DNA from: Candidatus Krumholzibacteriia bacterium
GTDB taxonomy: Bacteria > Krumholzibacteriota > Krumholzibacteriia > LZORAL124-64-63
Direction of reading: 5' to 3'
Assembly: GCA_035447065.1 (NCBI GenBank)
Contig: DAOTGJ010000012.1
Span: 18,189 to 82,188 of the forward strand
DNA: 64,000 bases
Shown here: piece after piece, positions 25,058-33,439 of the stretch
Layout: every line of letters starts with the position of its first letter
Position numbering within the stretch: the stretch's first letter is position 1
The notes under the pieces: model-generated
The model's input: the letters and a program-made list of their open reading frames with translations, nothing else
Told to the model about the DNA's origin: nothing
Databases searched by the model: none
Translations under genes and position numbers: made by a program

Positions 25058-26092
25058 ATGACCGAGACCTCGACCGACACCAAGCCCGACCTGGACGCCC
25101 TGCTCGACGCCGAGCCCGACGAGTCCTCCGCCGCGGAGGAGCTCGCGGTCCCCGCCGACAGCCTGGCGGCCCAGCTGATCGATGAGAACCTCGGCACGCA
25201 CCGCGGCTATCCCGTGCTGCCCTTCGACTTCCGTCGGCCCTACAACATCTCCAAGGCCTTCGAGAAGAACATGATGACCATCTGCGAGACCTTCGCCAAG
25301 GTCTCGTCGCTGAGCTTCACCAGCATGCTGCGGGCGAACGTGGCCGTCGAGCAGGAGCGGCTGCAGCTCACCACCTTCGGCGAGTTCCTCAAGAGCCTGC
25401 CGGAGCTGAGCTGCGTGGCCACCATGAGCCAGGCTCCCCTGAGCGGGCAGTCGCTGTTCCTGATGGACATCGGCATGAGCTTCACGGTGATGAAGCGGCT
25501 GCTGGGCGGTCCCATCGAGCCGGAGAACGACCACCGCAAGTTCACGGACATCGAGTTCGCGGTCACGCGGATCATCATGAACAGGTTCCTGGAAGCTTTC
25601 GGCCAGGGCCTGGAGAAGATCGTGCCGGTGGAGGGGGAGATCCACACCCTGGAGAACAGCCCCACCTACCTGGGCACCATGAGCAGCACCGAGGCGGTCA
25701 TCCTGCTGCGCTTCACGATGACCGTGGACACCACCGAGGGCGAGCTCATCATCTGCATGCCCCTGACGGCCTTCGAGCCGGTCTGGGACCGCTTCTCGCC
25801 CGAGGAGGGCGTGGAGTACCGCAACGCCACCGACGTGCGCCGCGACCGGCTGCAGATGCTGGACAACCTGCAGGTGGCCGGCGCCGACGTGGTGGTGAAC
25901 CTGGGCGAGCTCTGCATGACGATGGCCCAGGTCTTGCAGATCAAGGAAGGCGACCTCATCCCCCTGAACAAGCCCGTCGGCGACAAGCTGAAGGTGGAGG
26001 TGCAGGGGAAGACCATGTTCCTGGGCAGTCCCGGCAAGGTCAACAACCGGCGGGCCCTGAAGATCACCGACCGTCTGCTGCGGGAGGACTGA
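25058..26092 (+). CDS. fliM: flagellar motor switch protein FliM
   Basis: 344 aa with FliM-like middle domain and C-terminal SpoA-like region. Lies upstream of fliN. Confidence 0.85.
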   Translation: MTETSTDTKPDLDALLDAEPDESSAAEELAVPADSLAAQLIDENLGTHRGYPVLPFDFRRPYNISKAFEKNMMTICETFAKVSSLSFTSMLRANVAVEQERLQLTTFGEFLKSLPELSCVATMSQAPLSGQSLFLMDIGMSFTVMKRLLGGPIEPENDHRKFTDIEFAVTRIIMNRFLEAFGQGLEKIVPVEGEIHTLENSPTYLGTMSSTEAVILLRFTMTVDTTEGELIICMPLTAFEPVWDRFSPEEGVEYRNATDVRRDRLQMLDNLQVAGADVVVNLGELCMTMAQVLQIKEGDLIPLNKPVGDKLKVEVQGKTMFLGSPGKVNNRRALKITDRLLRED

Positions 26093-26093
26093 G

Positions 26094-26462
26094 ATGACCA
26101 GCGACACCCTGAGCCCCGAGATCCGCAACCAGGAGCTGGTGGACGGCGCCAAGAGCAGGCACAACGCCCCGCCGCCTCCCCTGGAGGAGGACCTGGGCGA
26201 CGCCTCCAACCTGGGCGTGCTGCTGGACATCGACATGAAGGTGACCGTGGAGCTGGGCCGCACGCGCATGGCCGTGCGCGACATCCTGGACCTGGCCCCC
26301 GGCTCCGTGGTGGAGCTGGGCAAGCCCCCCAGCGAGCCCGTGGACCTGCTGGTCAACGGCGTGCTGACCGCCCGCGGCGAGGTGGTGGTGGTGGACGATC
26401 ACTTCGCCATCCGCATCACCAAGCTCCTGCGGCGCGGCGAGCAGATCAAGGGCCTGGTCTGA
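26094..26462 (+). CDS. fliN: flagellar motor switch protein FliN
   Basis: 122 aa SpoA domain (LLDIDMKVTVELGRTRMAVRDILDLAPGSVVELGKP...VNGVLTARGEVVVVDDHFAIRITKLL). Confidence 0.85.
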   Translation: MTSDTLSPEIRNQELVDGAKSRHNAPPPPLEEDLGDASNLGVLLDIDMKVTVELGRTRMAVRDILDLAPGSVVELGKPPSEPVDLLVNGVLTARGEVVVVDDHFAIRITKLLRRGEQIKGLV

Positions 26463-26463
26463 G

Positions 26464-26817
26464 ATGACCCCCGTGGCCTTCCTGGCGGCCTGGAGCGACC
26501 CCGCCGGCACCTCCTGGTGGCAGATCCTGGGGGCGTTCCTGGCCGTGGCGGCCCTGCTGCTGCTGACCCTGCGCCTGCTGGGACGCTGGCAGGCCGCGCG
26601 CCTGCCCGGCGACGTGCGGGTGCTGAGCGTGGCCTCCCTGGGGCCCAAGCGGGCCCTGGAGACCCTGCGCTTCGGCCAGGAGGTGCTCACCTTCTACCGC
26701 AGCGAAGGGTCCATGGTGCTGCTGGAGCGCCGCCCCCTGGACCCCGCCGACGCGCCTCCGGCCGACGGCGGCCTGCTGGGCCGCCTGGGCGCCCGTCTGC
26801 GCCCGTCGGCTGACTGA
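26464..26817 (+). CDS. fliO: flagellar biosynthesis protein FliO
   Basis: 117 aa single-TM protein between fliN and fliP. Confidence 0.55.
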   Translation: MTPVAFLAAWSDPAGTSWWQILGAFLAVAALLLLTLRLLGRWQAARLPGDVRVLSVASLGPKRALETLRFGQEVLTFYRSEGSMVLLERRPLDPADAPPADGGLLGRLGARLRPSAD

Positions 26818-26908
26818 CTTCCGACCGCCCCCGGCCCCCTTTCCGCCACGATCCCGCCGCGGAACCCCCTCCAGACCCCTCCAATCGCCCCGCCGCGCCT
26901 GCGCGCGC

Positions 26909-26924
26909 TGGCACGCCCGTTGCC
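26909..26924 (+). promoter_or_regulatory. internal sigma54 promoter in the fliO-fliP gap
   Basis: TGGCACGCCCGTTGCC matches the consensus TGGCACG-N4-TTGCW in every fixed position. It lies in a 149-nt noncoding gap, 43 nt upstream of the fliP TTG. Confidence 0.6.
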
Positions 26925-26966
26925 TACCGCTTCCGGAACCACGATCCCGAACCGGAGGCGACCCCG

Positions 26967-27734
26967 TTGCGAGCCCTGCTCCCCATCGTCCTGCTGACCC
27001 TGCTGCTGACCGCCGCCGCGGCCCCGGCCCAGACGCCGGCGTCGCCGCCCGTAGGCGTACCGGGCACGAACATCAGCCTCACGCTGGGCGGGGAGGACGG
27101 CGGCGCGCGCCTGGACACGGCGGTGGAGATCGTCCTGCTGATGACGCTGCTGTCGCTGGCGCCGGCGCTGCTGATCCTGCTGACCAGCTTCACGCGGATC
27201 ATCATCGTGCTGGGCTTCCTGCGGCAGGCCATGGGCACCAACCAGATGCCCAGCAACCAGATCCTCATCGGCCTGGCCCTGTTCCTGACCTTCGTGATCA
27301 TGGGGCCGGTCTTCCAGCGCATCAACGACGAGGCCCTGCAGCCCTACCTGGCCGAGGAGATCGGCCAGAAGGAGGCCTTCGACGCGGCCGCGGCGCCGCT
27401 CAAGGGCTTCATGCTGGACCAGGTGCGCGAGAAGGACGTGGCCCTCTTCCTGGAGCTGACCGGCCGCGACGCGCCGGAGACGCCGGAGGAGCTGCCCCTG
27501 CTCATCGTGATCCCCAGCTTCGTGATCGGCGAGCTGAAGATGGCCTTCCAGATCGGCTTCGTGCTGTTCCTGCCGTTCCTGATCATCGACATGGTGGTGG
27601 CCTCGGTCCTCATGTCCATGGGCATGATGATGCTGCCGCCGGTGCTCATCTCCCTGCCGTTCAAGGTGCTGCTCTTCGTGCTGGTGGACGGCTGGTACCT
27701 CATCGTGCGCTCCCTGGTGAGCGCGTTCCAGTAG
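26967..27734 (+). CDS. fliP: flagellar export apparatus protein FliP
   Basis: Signal peptide plus conserved [45 protein letters not shown]... TTG start. Confidence 0.9.
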   Translation: [255 protein letters not shown]

Positions 27735-27743
27735 GAGGACGCC

Positions 27744-28007
27744 GTGACGCCCGAATCCGTCATCACGCTGGGGCAGGAGGCCATGAAGGTCACGCTGCTG
27801 GTGGCCGGGCCCATGCTGGCCGGGGGCATGATCGTGGGCCTGCTGATCAGCATCTTCCAGGCGGCCACGCACATCAACGAGATGACCATGACCTTCGTGC
27901 CCAAGATCATCACGGTCTTCGTGGTGATGGTGCTCTCGCTGCCCTGGATCATCAACCAGCTCACCAGCTTCACGGTGGGCATCTTCGACCGCATCGCGGC
28001 CATGTGA
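27744..28007 (+). CDS. fliQ: flagellar export apparatus protein FliQ
   Basis: 87 aa, two-TM protein (LAGGMIVGLLISIFQAATHINEMT) typical of FliQ. Confidence 0.85.
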   Translation: MTPESVITLGQEAMKVTLLVAGPMLAGGMIVGLLISIFQAATHINEMTMTFVPKIITVFVVMVLSLPWIINQLTSFTVGIFDRIAAM

Positions 28008-28017
28008 GGGGCGCGGC

Positions 28018-28803
28018 GTGCCGGTGGTCTACGACGCCTCCTTCCTGGTCATCGCCTTCCTGCTGACGGTGCGCCTGGCCGTGGTGGCGGCGCTGCTGCC
28101 GCTGATCTCGGGCCGCACGGTGCCGGTGCTCTGGCGCCTGGCCCTGGCGGCCGTGGTGGCGGCGGCCTGCACCCCCGCCGTGGTGGCCGAGACCCCGTCG
28201 CTGCCCGAGGTCCTGACCTGGCAGGTCCTGGCGCGCGAGGCCTTCACCGGCGCGCTGGTGGGCGTGACCCTGAGCTTCGCGGTGGGGATCCCCTTCGCGG
28301 CGGTGCGTTTCGCGGGCCAGCTCATCGGCGTGCAGATCGGCTTCTCCATGGTGAACACCATCGATCCCCAGGGCGGCGCCCAGGTCACGGTGCTGGCCCA
28401 GCTCTACTACCTGCTGGCGGTGCTGCTGTTCTTCGCCTTCGACCTGCACCACGTGCTGGTGGGCGTGCTGGTGCAGAGCGCGCGGGTGGCGCCGCTGTTC
28501 GGGAGCGTGGACGGCCGCGCGGCCTCGTGGCTGCTGGTGGAGGAGTTCGGCGAGTTCTTCAGGCTGGGCCTGATCCTGGCCACGCCCACGGTGCTGGTGC
28601 TGCTGCTGGTGAGCGCCTCCATGGGCTTCGTGGTCAAGACGGTGCCGCAGATCAACATCCTGGTGGTGGGCTTCCCCATCCAGATCGCCGTGGGCCTGGC
28701 CGTGATCGGCCTTTCGCTGGTGTTCTTCGGCCGGGTGCTGTCCGGCCTGTTCCTGGGCATGGAGGAGCAGCTGGGGCGCGTGCTCGCGGCCCTGAGCGTC
28801 TGA
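28018..28803 (+). CDS. fliR: flagellar export apparatus protein FliR
   Basis: 261 aa polytopic membrane protein between fliQ and flhB. Confidence 0.8.
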   Translation: MPVVYDASFLVIAFLLTVRLAVVAALLPLISGRTVPVLWRLALAAVVAAACTPAVVAETPSLPEVLTWQVLAREAFTGALVGVTLSFAVGIPFAAVRFAGQLIGVQIGFSMVNTIDPQGGAQVTVLAQLYYLLAVLLFFAFDLHHVLVGVLVQSARVAPLFGSVDGRAASWLLVEEFGEFFRLGLILATPTVLVLLLVSASMGFVVKTVPQINILVVGFPIQIAVGLAVIGLSLVFFGRVLSGLFLGMEEQLGRVLAALSV

Positions 28804-28845
28804 ACCGAAGGGCCGAGGAGGCCCGATCGCACGAGGAGGTGAGCC

Positions 28846-29907
28846 ATGGCCGACGGTCCCGCCGGAGAACGCACGGAATCCGCGACACCCAAACGACGGG
28901 AAAAGGCCCTCGAGGAGGGCCAGGTGGCCATGAGCCAGGAGGTCAACTCCGCGCTCGTGCTGGCGCTCGCCTTCTCGCTGCTGTTCGTCTTCGCCGGCAC
29001 CATGGCCACGCTGCTCAACCGCAACGCCCGCTACCTGTTCAGCCAGGCCCACCTGCTGCTGCTGGACGACCCCTGGGCCCTGGTGGCCATCGCCAAGGCC
29101 AACTTCACCCTCATCCTGACCACCCTGGCGCCGCTGATGGGCGTGGTCATGGTGGCCGGCCTGGCGGCCAACCTGCTGCAGGTGGGCTGGCACGTGAACC
29201 TGTCGGCCCTGGCCTTCCGCTGGCAGAACATCGATCCCCTGAACGGGGCCAAGCAGATCTTCTCCAAGCGCACCTCCTTCGAGCTGCTCAAGAACGTGCT
29301 CAAGCTGGCCATCATCGGCGGCATGGCCTGGTGGACGGTCTCCGGCATGATCGGCCAGATCTCTGGCACCGCGCTGCTGTCCCTGGCCGGTGTGCAGGCG
29401 GTGGGGAAGGCCGCCATGGCCAAGCTGGTCTACCGCATGGTGGCCCTGCTGGCCGTGCTCGCGGTGGTGGACTGGACCTTCCAGCGCCACGAGCACGAGG
29501 AGCGCCTGAAGATGAGCAAGCAGGAGGTGAAGGAGGAGGCCAAGGACATGGAGGGCGATCCCCAGGTGCGGGCCAGGATGCGCGCCATCCGCCTGGAGAC
29601 CATGCGCAAGCGCATGATGGCCGACGTGCCCAAGGCCGACGTGGTGGTCACCAACCCCACCCACTTCGCGGTGGCCCTGAAGTACATGCCCGGCGATCCG
29701 GCCCCCAAGGTGGTGGCCAAGGGCGCCGACGAGGTGGCCCGCAAGATCAAGGAGATCGCCCGCAACGCCCGCGTCCCGGTGCTGGAGAACAAGCCGCTGG
29801 CACGGGCCCTGCATAAGTCCGTGGACGTGGGATCCTTCATCCCCGACGAACTCTACCAGGCCGTGGCCGAGGTCCTGGCCTACGTCTACCGCCTGAAGAA
29901 CGCGTGA
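28846..29907 (+). CDS. flhB: flagellar export apparatus protein FlhB
   Basis: 353 aa. Four-TM N-domain and NPTH autocleavage motif (VVVTNPTHFAVALKY). Confidence 0.9.
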   Translation: MADGPAGERTESATPKRREKALEEGQVAMSQEVNSALVLALAFSLLFVFAGTMATLLNRNARYLFSQAHLLLLDDPWALVAIAKANFTLILTTLAPLMGVVMVAGLAANLLQVGWHVNLSALAFRWQNIDPLNGAKQIFSKRTSFELLKNVLKLAIIGGMAWWTVSGMIGQISGTALLSLAGVQAVGKAAMAKLVYRMVALLAVLAVVDWTFQRHEHEERLKMSKQEVKEEAKDMEGDPQVRARMRAIRLETMRKRMMADVPKADVVVTNPTHFAVALKYMPGDPAPKVVAKGADEVARKIKEIARNARVPVLENKPLARALHKSVDVGSFIPDELYQAVAEVLAYVYRLKNA

Positions 29908-29920
29908 TCCCGGAGGCCCC

Positions 29921-32020
29921 GTGAGCGAGACGACCGGCATCGACCGCGACATGGTCCTGGCCAACAGCAACGTGATGAGCGCCCTGGCGGTCGTCGCGGT
30001 GATCGGCCTGATGATCATGCCCATCGCCCCGGTGGCCCTGGACCTGCTGATCACGTTCAACATCGCCTTCGCGGTGGTCATCCTGCTGGTGGCGCTCTAT
30101 CTGAAGCAGCCGCTGCAGTTCTCCAGCTTCCCCTCGCTGCTGCTCATGGTCACGCTGTTCCGCCTCTCGCTGAACGTGGCCTCCACGCGCCTGATCCTGG
30201 GCCGGGGCGAGGCGGGCAAGGTCATCGGCAGCTTCGGCGACTTCGTCATCGGCGGGAACTACGTCATCGGCGTGATCGTCTTCGCGATCCTGATGATCGT
30301 GCAGTTCCTGGTCATCACCAAGGGCTCGGGGCGCATCGCCGAGGTGGCGGCGCGCTTCACCCTGGACGCCATGCCGGGCAAGCAGATGGCCATCGACGCC
30401 GACCTGGGCGCGGGCCTGATCACCGAGCGCGAGGCCCGCAGGCGGCGCCGCGAGATCAGCGGCGAGGCCGAGTTCTTCGGCGCCATGGACGGCGCCAGCA
30501 AGTTCGTGCGCGGCGACGCCATCGCCGGCATCATCATCACGCTGATCAACATCGTGGCCGGCTTCATCATCGGCATGGTCCAGATGGACCTGTCGGCGGG
30601 GGAGGCCATGCGCCGCTTCACCGTGCTGACGGTGGGCGACGGCCTGGTCAGCCAGATCCCCGCGCTGCTGATCAGCACCGCCGCGGGCATGGTGGTCACG
30701 CGCCAGAGCGGCGCCATGAACCTGGGGCAGACCCTCAGCATCCAGCTCTTCCGCCAGCCCAAGGCCATCTACCTGGCCAGCGGCACGCTGGTCGTCTTCG
30801 GCCTCATCCCCGGCCTGCCCACGCTGCCGTTCCTGACGCTGGGCGCGGGCTTCGCGCTGGTGGGCCGCCTGATGGCAGGCCGCGTGCAGGCGGCCGAGGA
30901 GGCGGAGCTCGCCGAGGTGACCGCCCAGGACGAGGCCGCGGCGGAGCCGGCCCCCTCGCCCGGCCACGATCTCTACGTGACCGACACCCTGGAGCTGGAG
31001 CTGGGCTACGGCCTGCTGCCCCTGGTGGACGAGAAGCGCAACGGCGACCTGCTCCAGCGCATCAGCAAGATCCGTCGGCAGATCGGCACCGAGCTGGGCA
31101 TGGTGGTGCACCCGGTGCGCGTGCGCGACAACCTGCAGCTGGGCCAGAACCAGTACGCCATCAAGCTCAAGGGCGTGGAGATCGCGCGGGCGGAGCTGCG
31201 CGTGGACCGCCTGCTGGCCATGAACGCCTCGGGCAGCGACGCCAGCTTCGGCGGGCAGCCCACGGTGGAGCCGGCCTTCCAGCTGCCGGCCCTGTGGATC
31301 GATCCCGGCATGCGCAGCGCCGCGGAGCTCGAGGGCTTCACGGTGGTGGAGCCGTCGGCGGTCCTGACCACCCATCTCTCGGAGATCGTGCGCGCCCACG
31401 CCGACGAGCTGCTCACCCGCCAGGACGTGAAGGACCTCTGCGAGACCGTGCGCGAGTTCGCGCCGGCGCTCATCGAGGACCTCGTACCGGACCGCGTGCC
31501 CGTGAACACCCTGCACAACGTGCTGCGCGCGCTGCTGCACGAACGCATCCCCATCAAGGACATCGTCACCATCCTGGAGACCCTGGCCAACCACACGGGC
31601 CAGGGGACCGACGCCCAGGTGGAGCGCGTGCGCGAGGCGCTGCGCCGCACCATCAGCAGCCTGTACCTGGAGCCCGACGGCCACCTGCACGTGATCTCGC
31701 TGCACCCCCATACCGAGCAGGCCCTGGTGCGCGCGGTGAGGGAGTCCGAGTCCGCCGGCATGGTGGCCATGGATCCGGCCTTCACCCAGCGGTTCCTCGA
31801 GAGGCTGGAGCAGGCCCTGCAGGCGGCCTACCGCCGCGGCACGCCGCCGGTCCTGCTGGTGCCCACGCCCCTGCGCCTCTTCGTCAAACGTTTGGTGGAG
31901 CCCACCTTCGGCGCCCTCGCGGTGCTGGGCTACACGGAGATCACCCCCCAGACCAAGATCAAGTCGGCCGGAACGGTGGCCGTGAAGGAAGGGACCCATG
32001 TCCACGAAGCCACAGCATGA
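29921..32020 (+). CDS. flhA: flagellar export apparatus protein FlhA
   Basis: 699 aa with FHIPEP family signatures (GDFVIGGNYVIGVIVF..., large cytoplasmic domain). Confidence 0.9.
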   Translation: MSETTGIDRDMVLANSNVMSALAVVAVIGLMIMPIAPVALDLLITFNIAFAVVILLVALYLKQPLQFSSFPSLLLMVTLFRLSLNVASTRLILGRGEAGKVIGSFGDFVIGGNYVIGVIVFAILMIVQFLVITKGSGRIAEVAARFTLDAMPGKQMAIDADLGAGLITEREARRRRREISGEAEFFGAMDGASKFVRGDAIAGIIITLINIVAGFIIGMVQMDLSAGEAMRRFTVLTVGDGLVSQIPALLISTAAGMVVTRQSGAMNLGQTLSIQLFRQPKAIYLASGTLVVFGLIPGLPTLPFLTLGAGFALVGRLMAGRVQAAEEAELAEVTAQDEAAAEPAPSPGHDLYVTDTLELELGYGLLPLVDEKRNGDLLQRISKIRRQIGTELGMVVHPVRVRDNLQLGQNQYAIKLKGVEIARAELRVDRLLAMNASGSDASFGGQPTVEPAFQLPALWIDPGMRSAAELEGFTVVEPSAVLTTHLSEIVRAHADELLTRQDVKDLCETVREFAPALIEDLVPDRVPVNTLHNVLRALLHERIPIKDIVTILETLANHTGQGTDAQVERVREALRRTISSLYLEPDGHLHVISLHPHTEQALVRAVRESESAGMVAMDPAFTQRFLERLEQALQAAYRRGTPPVLLVPTPLRLFVKRLVEPTFGALAVLGYTEITPQTKIKSAGTVAVKEGTHVHEATA

Positions 32021-33110
32021 CCCCACCATCGCCGTGGTGCGCGGGGCCACCGTCGCGGAGGCCCTGGCCAACGTGAAGAAGCTCTACGGGCCCCAGGCCG
32101 CCGTGGTGCGCAGCCGCGAGGTGCGCGAGCGCAGCGCCGACGACCTGGGCGAGTCGCGCAGCGTGGAGGTGCTGGTGGCCCTGGACGGAGGCGCCGCGCT
32201 GAAGGCGCAGACCCCTGCGCGTCCGGCGGCCTCGGTGCTGGAGCGGCTGGAGAGCGAGCTGGCGCGGGTGGAGTCCCTCACCGCGGCGGTGCGCGCCTCC
32301 CGCGAGATCCCCGCGGATCCCGATCAGAAGCTCCTGGACGCCTACCCCCTGGGCGCCGCCCTGCTGCGCGCCGGCGTGGGGCGTCCCGCCGCCGTGCACC
32401 TGGCCCGGCTCTGGGCCGCGGAGTCCGCCGGCCGCGCCGACGCCGATCCGCAGCGCTCCCTGGCGGCCCAGGTGCGTACGAGCCGCGCCCACTGGGGCAC
32501 GCTGGGCGGCTGCCACGTCTTCCTGGGCGAGGCCGGCTGCGGCAAGACCACCCTGGTGGAGGCCGTGGCCGCGCGGCTGCAGCGCGAGGGCCAGAAGGTG
32601 CTGATCCTGGCCGTGGCGCCGGAGCACGGCGGCGTGATCCGCCGCCTGCAGGAGCGCACCCGCGATCTGGGCGTGGACGGCGCCGTGCTGCGACGCGCCG
32701 ACCAGCTGGAACGGGCCGGCGCGAGCCTGCGCTCCTACGACGCCGTGCTCATCGACACGCCGCCGGTGGACGGCGCCGCCATGGCCGATCCCCATCTGCA
32801 GCGGGCCCTGGCCGAGAACGAGCGCTTCCACCGCCACCTGGTGCAGCCCCTGGACGCCGACGCCGCCGGCGACGCGCGCCAGTGGCGCCACGCCCGCACC
32901 TGGAACTGCGACTGGATCGCCCTGTCGCGCCAGGACCTGGCCCCGCGTCCGGGGCGGGCCCTGGAGCTGGCCATGGCCGCGCCGCATCCGCTGTCGCTGG
33001 CGTCGCGCCGGCAGGGCGGGGAGCTGCGCGTGGAGATCGCCGACGCCGAACGTCTCGTGGCGGACCTGCTGGGCCGCAGCGCACCCCAGGCCCGGATGAT
33101 GGAGGTCTGA
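31998..33110 (+). CDS. flhF: FlhF-like SRP-family GTPase with degenerate G3/G4 motifs
   Basis: 370 aa immediately after flhA. P-loop GEAGCGKTT (FlhF consensus GPTGVGKTT). The segment aligning to DTAG reads DTPP and the segment aligning to TKxD reads SRQD. Confidence 0.55.
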   Translation: MSTKPQHDPTIAVVRGATVAEALANVKKLYGPQAAVVRSREVRERSADDLGESRSVEVLVALDGGAALKAQTPARPAASVLERLESELARVESLTAAVRASREIPADPDQKLLDAYPLGAALLRAGVGRPAAVHLARLWAAESAGRADADPQRSLAAQVRTSRAHWGTLGGCHVFLGEAGCGKTTLVEAVAARLQREGQKVLILAVAPEHGGVIRRLQERTRDLGVDGAVLRRADQLERAGASLRSYDAVLIDTPPVDGAAMADPHLQRALAENERFHRHLVQPLDADAAGDARQWRHARTWNCDWIALSRQDLAPRPGRALELAMAAPHPLSLASRRQGGELRVEIADAERLVADLLGRSAPQARMMEV

Positions 33111-33114
33111 AGCC

Positions 33115-33366
33115 GTGAGCAAGCTGGTGAGCACCGTGGCCATGACCGCCGCCTTCACGGCCGTGCTGGTCTCCCTCTGGCAGGACTACGGCCCCCTGGT
33201 GGCCATGAAGCGCGCCGCCCTGGCCTACTTCGCGTTCTACGTGGTGGGCGCCGCGCTCATGCTCGTGTTCCGCACGGGCATCGAGGACGAATGGAAGCTC
33301 GCGGAGCAGCGCCGCCGCGAGCAGGAGAAGCTCAAGCGTGACCAGGAGCTGCAGGGCCATTCCTGA
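33115..33366 (+). CDS. small two-TM membrane protein of unknown function (occupies the position where flhG usually lies)
   Basis: 83 aa. GTG start 5 nt after the flhF stop. High GC at third codon positions. Two hydrophobic helices followed by a charged tail (EQRRREQEKLKRDQELQ). Confidence 0.45.
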   Translation: MSKLVSTVAMTAAFTAVLVSLWQDYGPLVAMKRAALAYFAFYVVGAALMLVFRTGIEDEWKLAEQRRREQEKLKRDQELQGHS

Positions 33367-33373
33367 ACCGTGA

Positions 33374-33389
33374 TGGCACGGATGCTGCT
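33374..33389 (+). promoter_or_regulatory. sigma54 promoter candidate upstream of fliA (sigma28)
   Basis: TGGCACGGATGCTGCT has a perfect -24 TGGCACG and a CTGC -12 at correct spacing. It lies 50 nt upstream of the fliA ATG. Confidence 0.55.
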
Positions 33390-33439
33390 GAGTCCCGTCT
33401 GATCCCGAGACCCGACCCGAGACAAGGAACGGAACCCCA

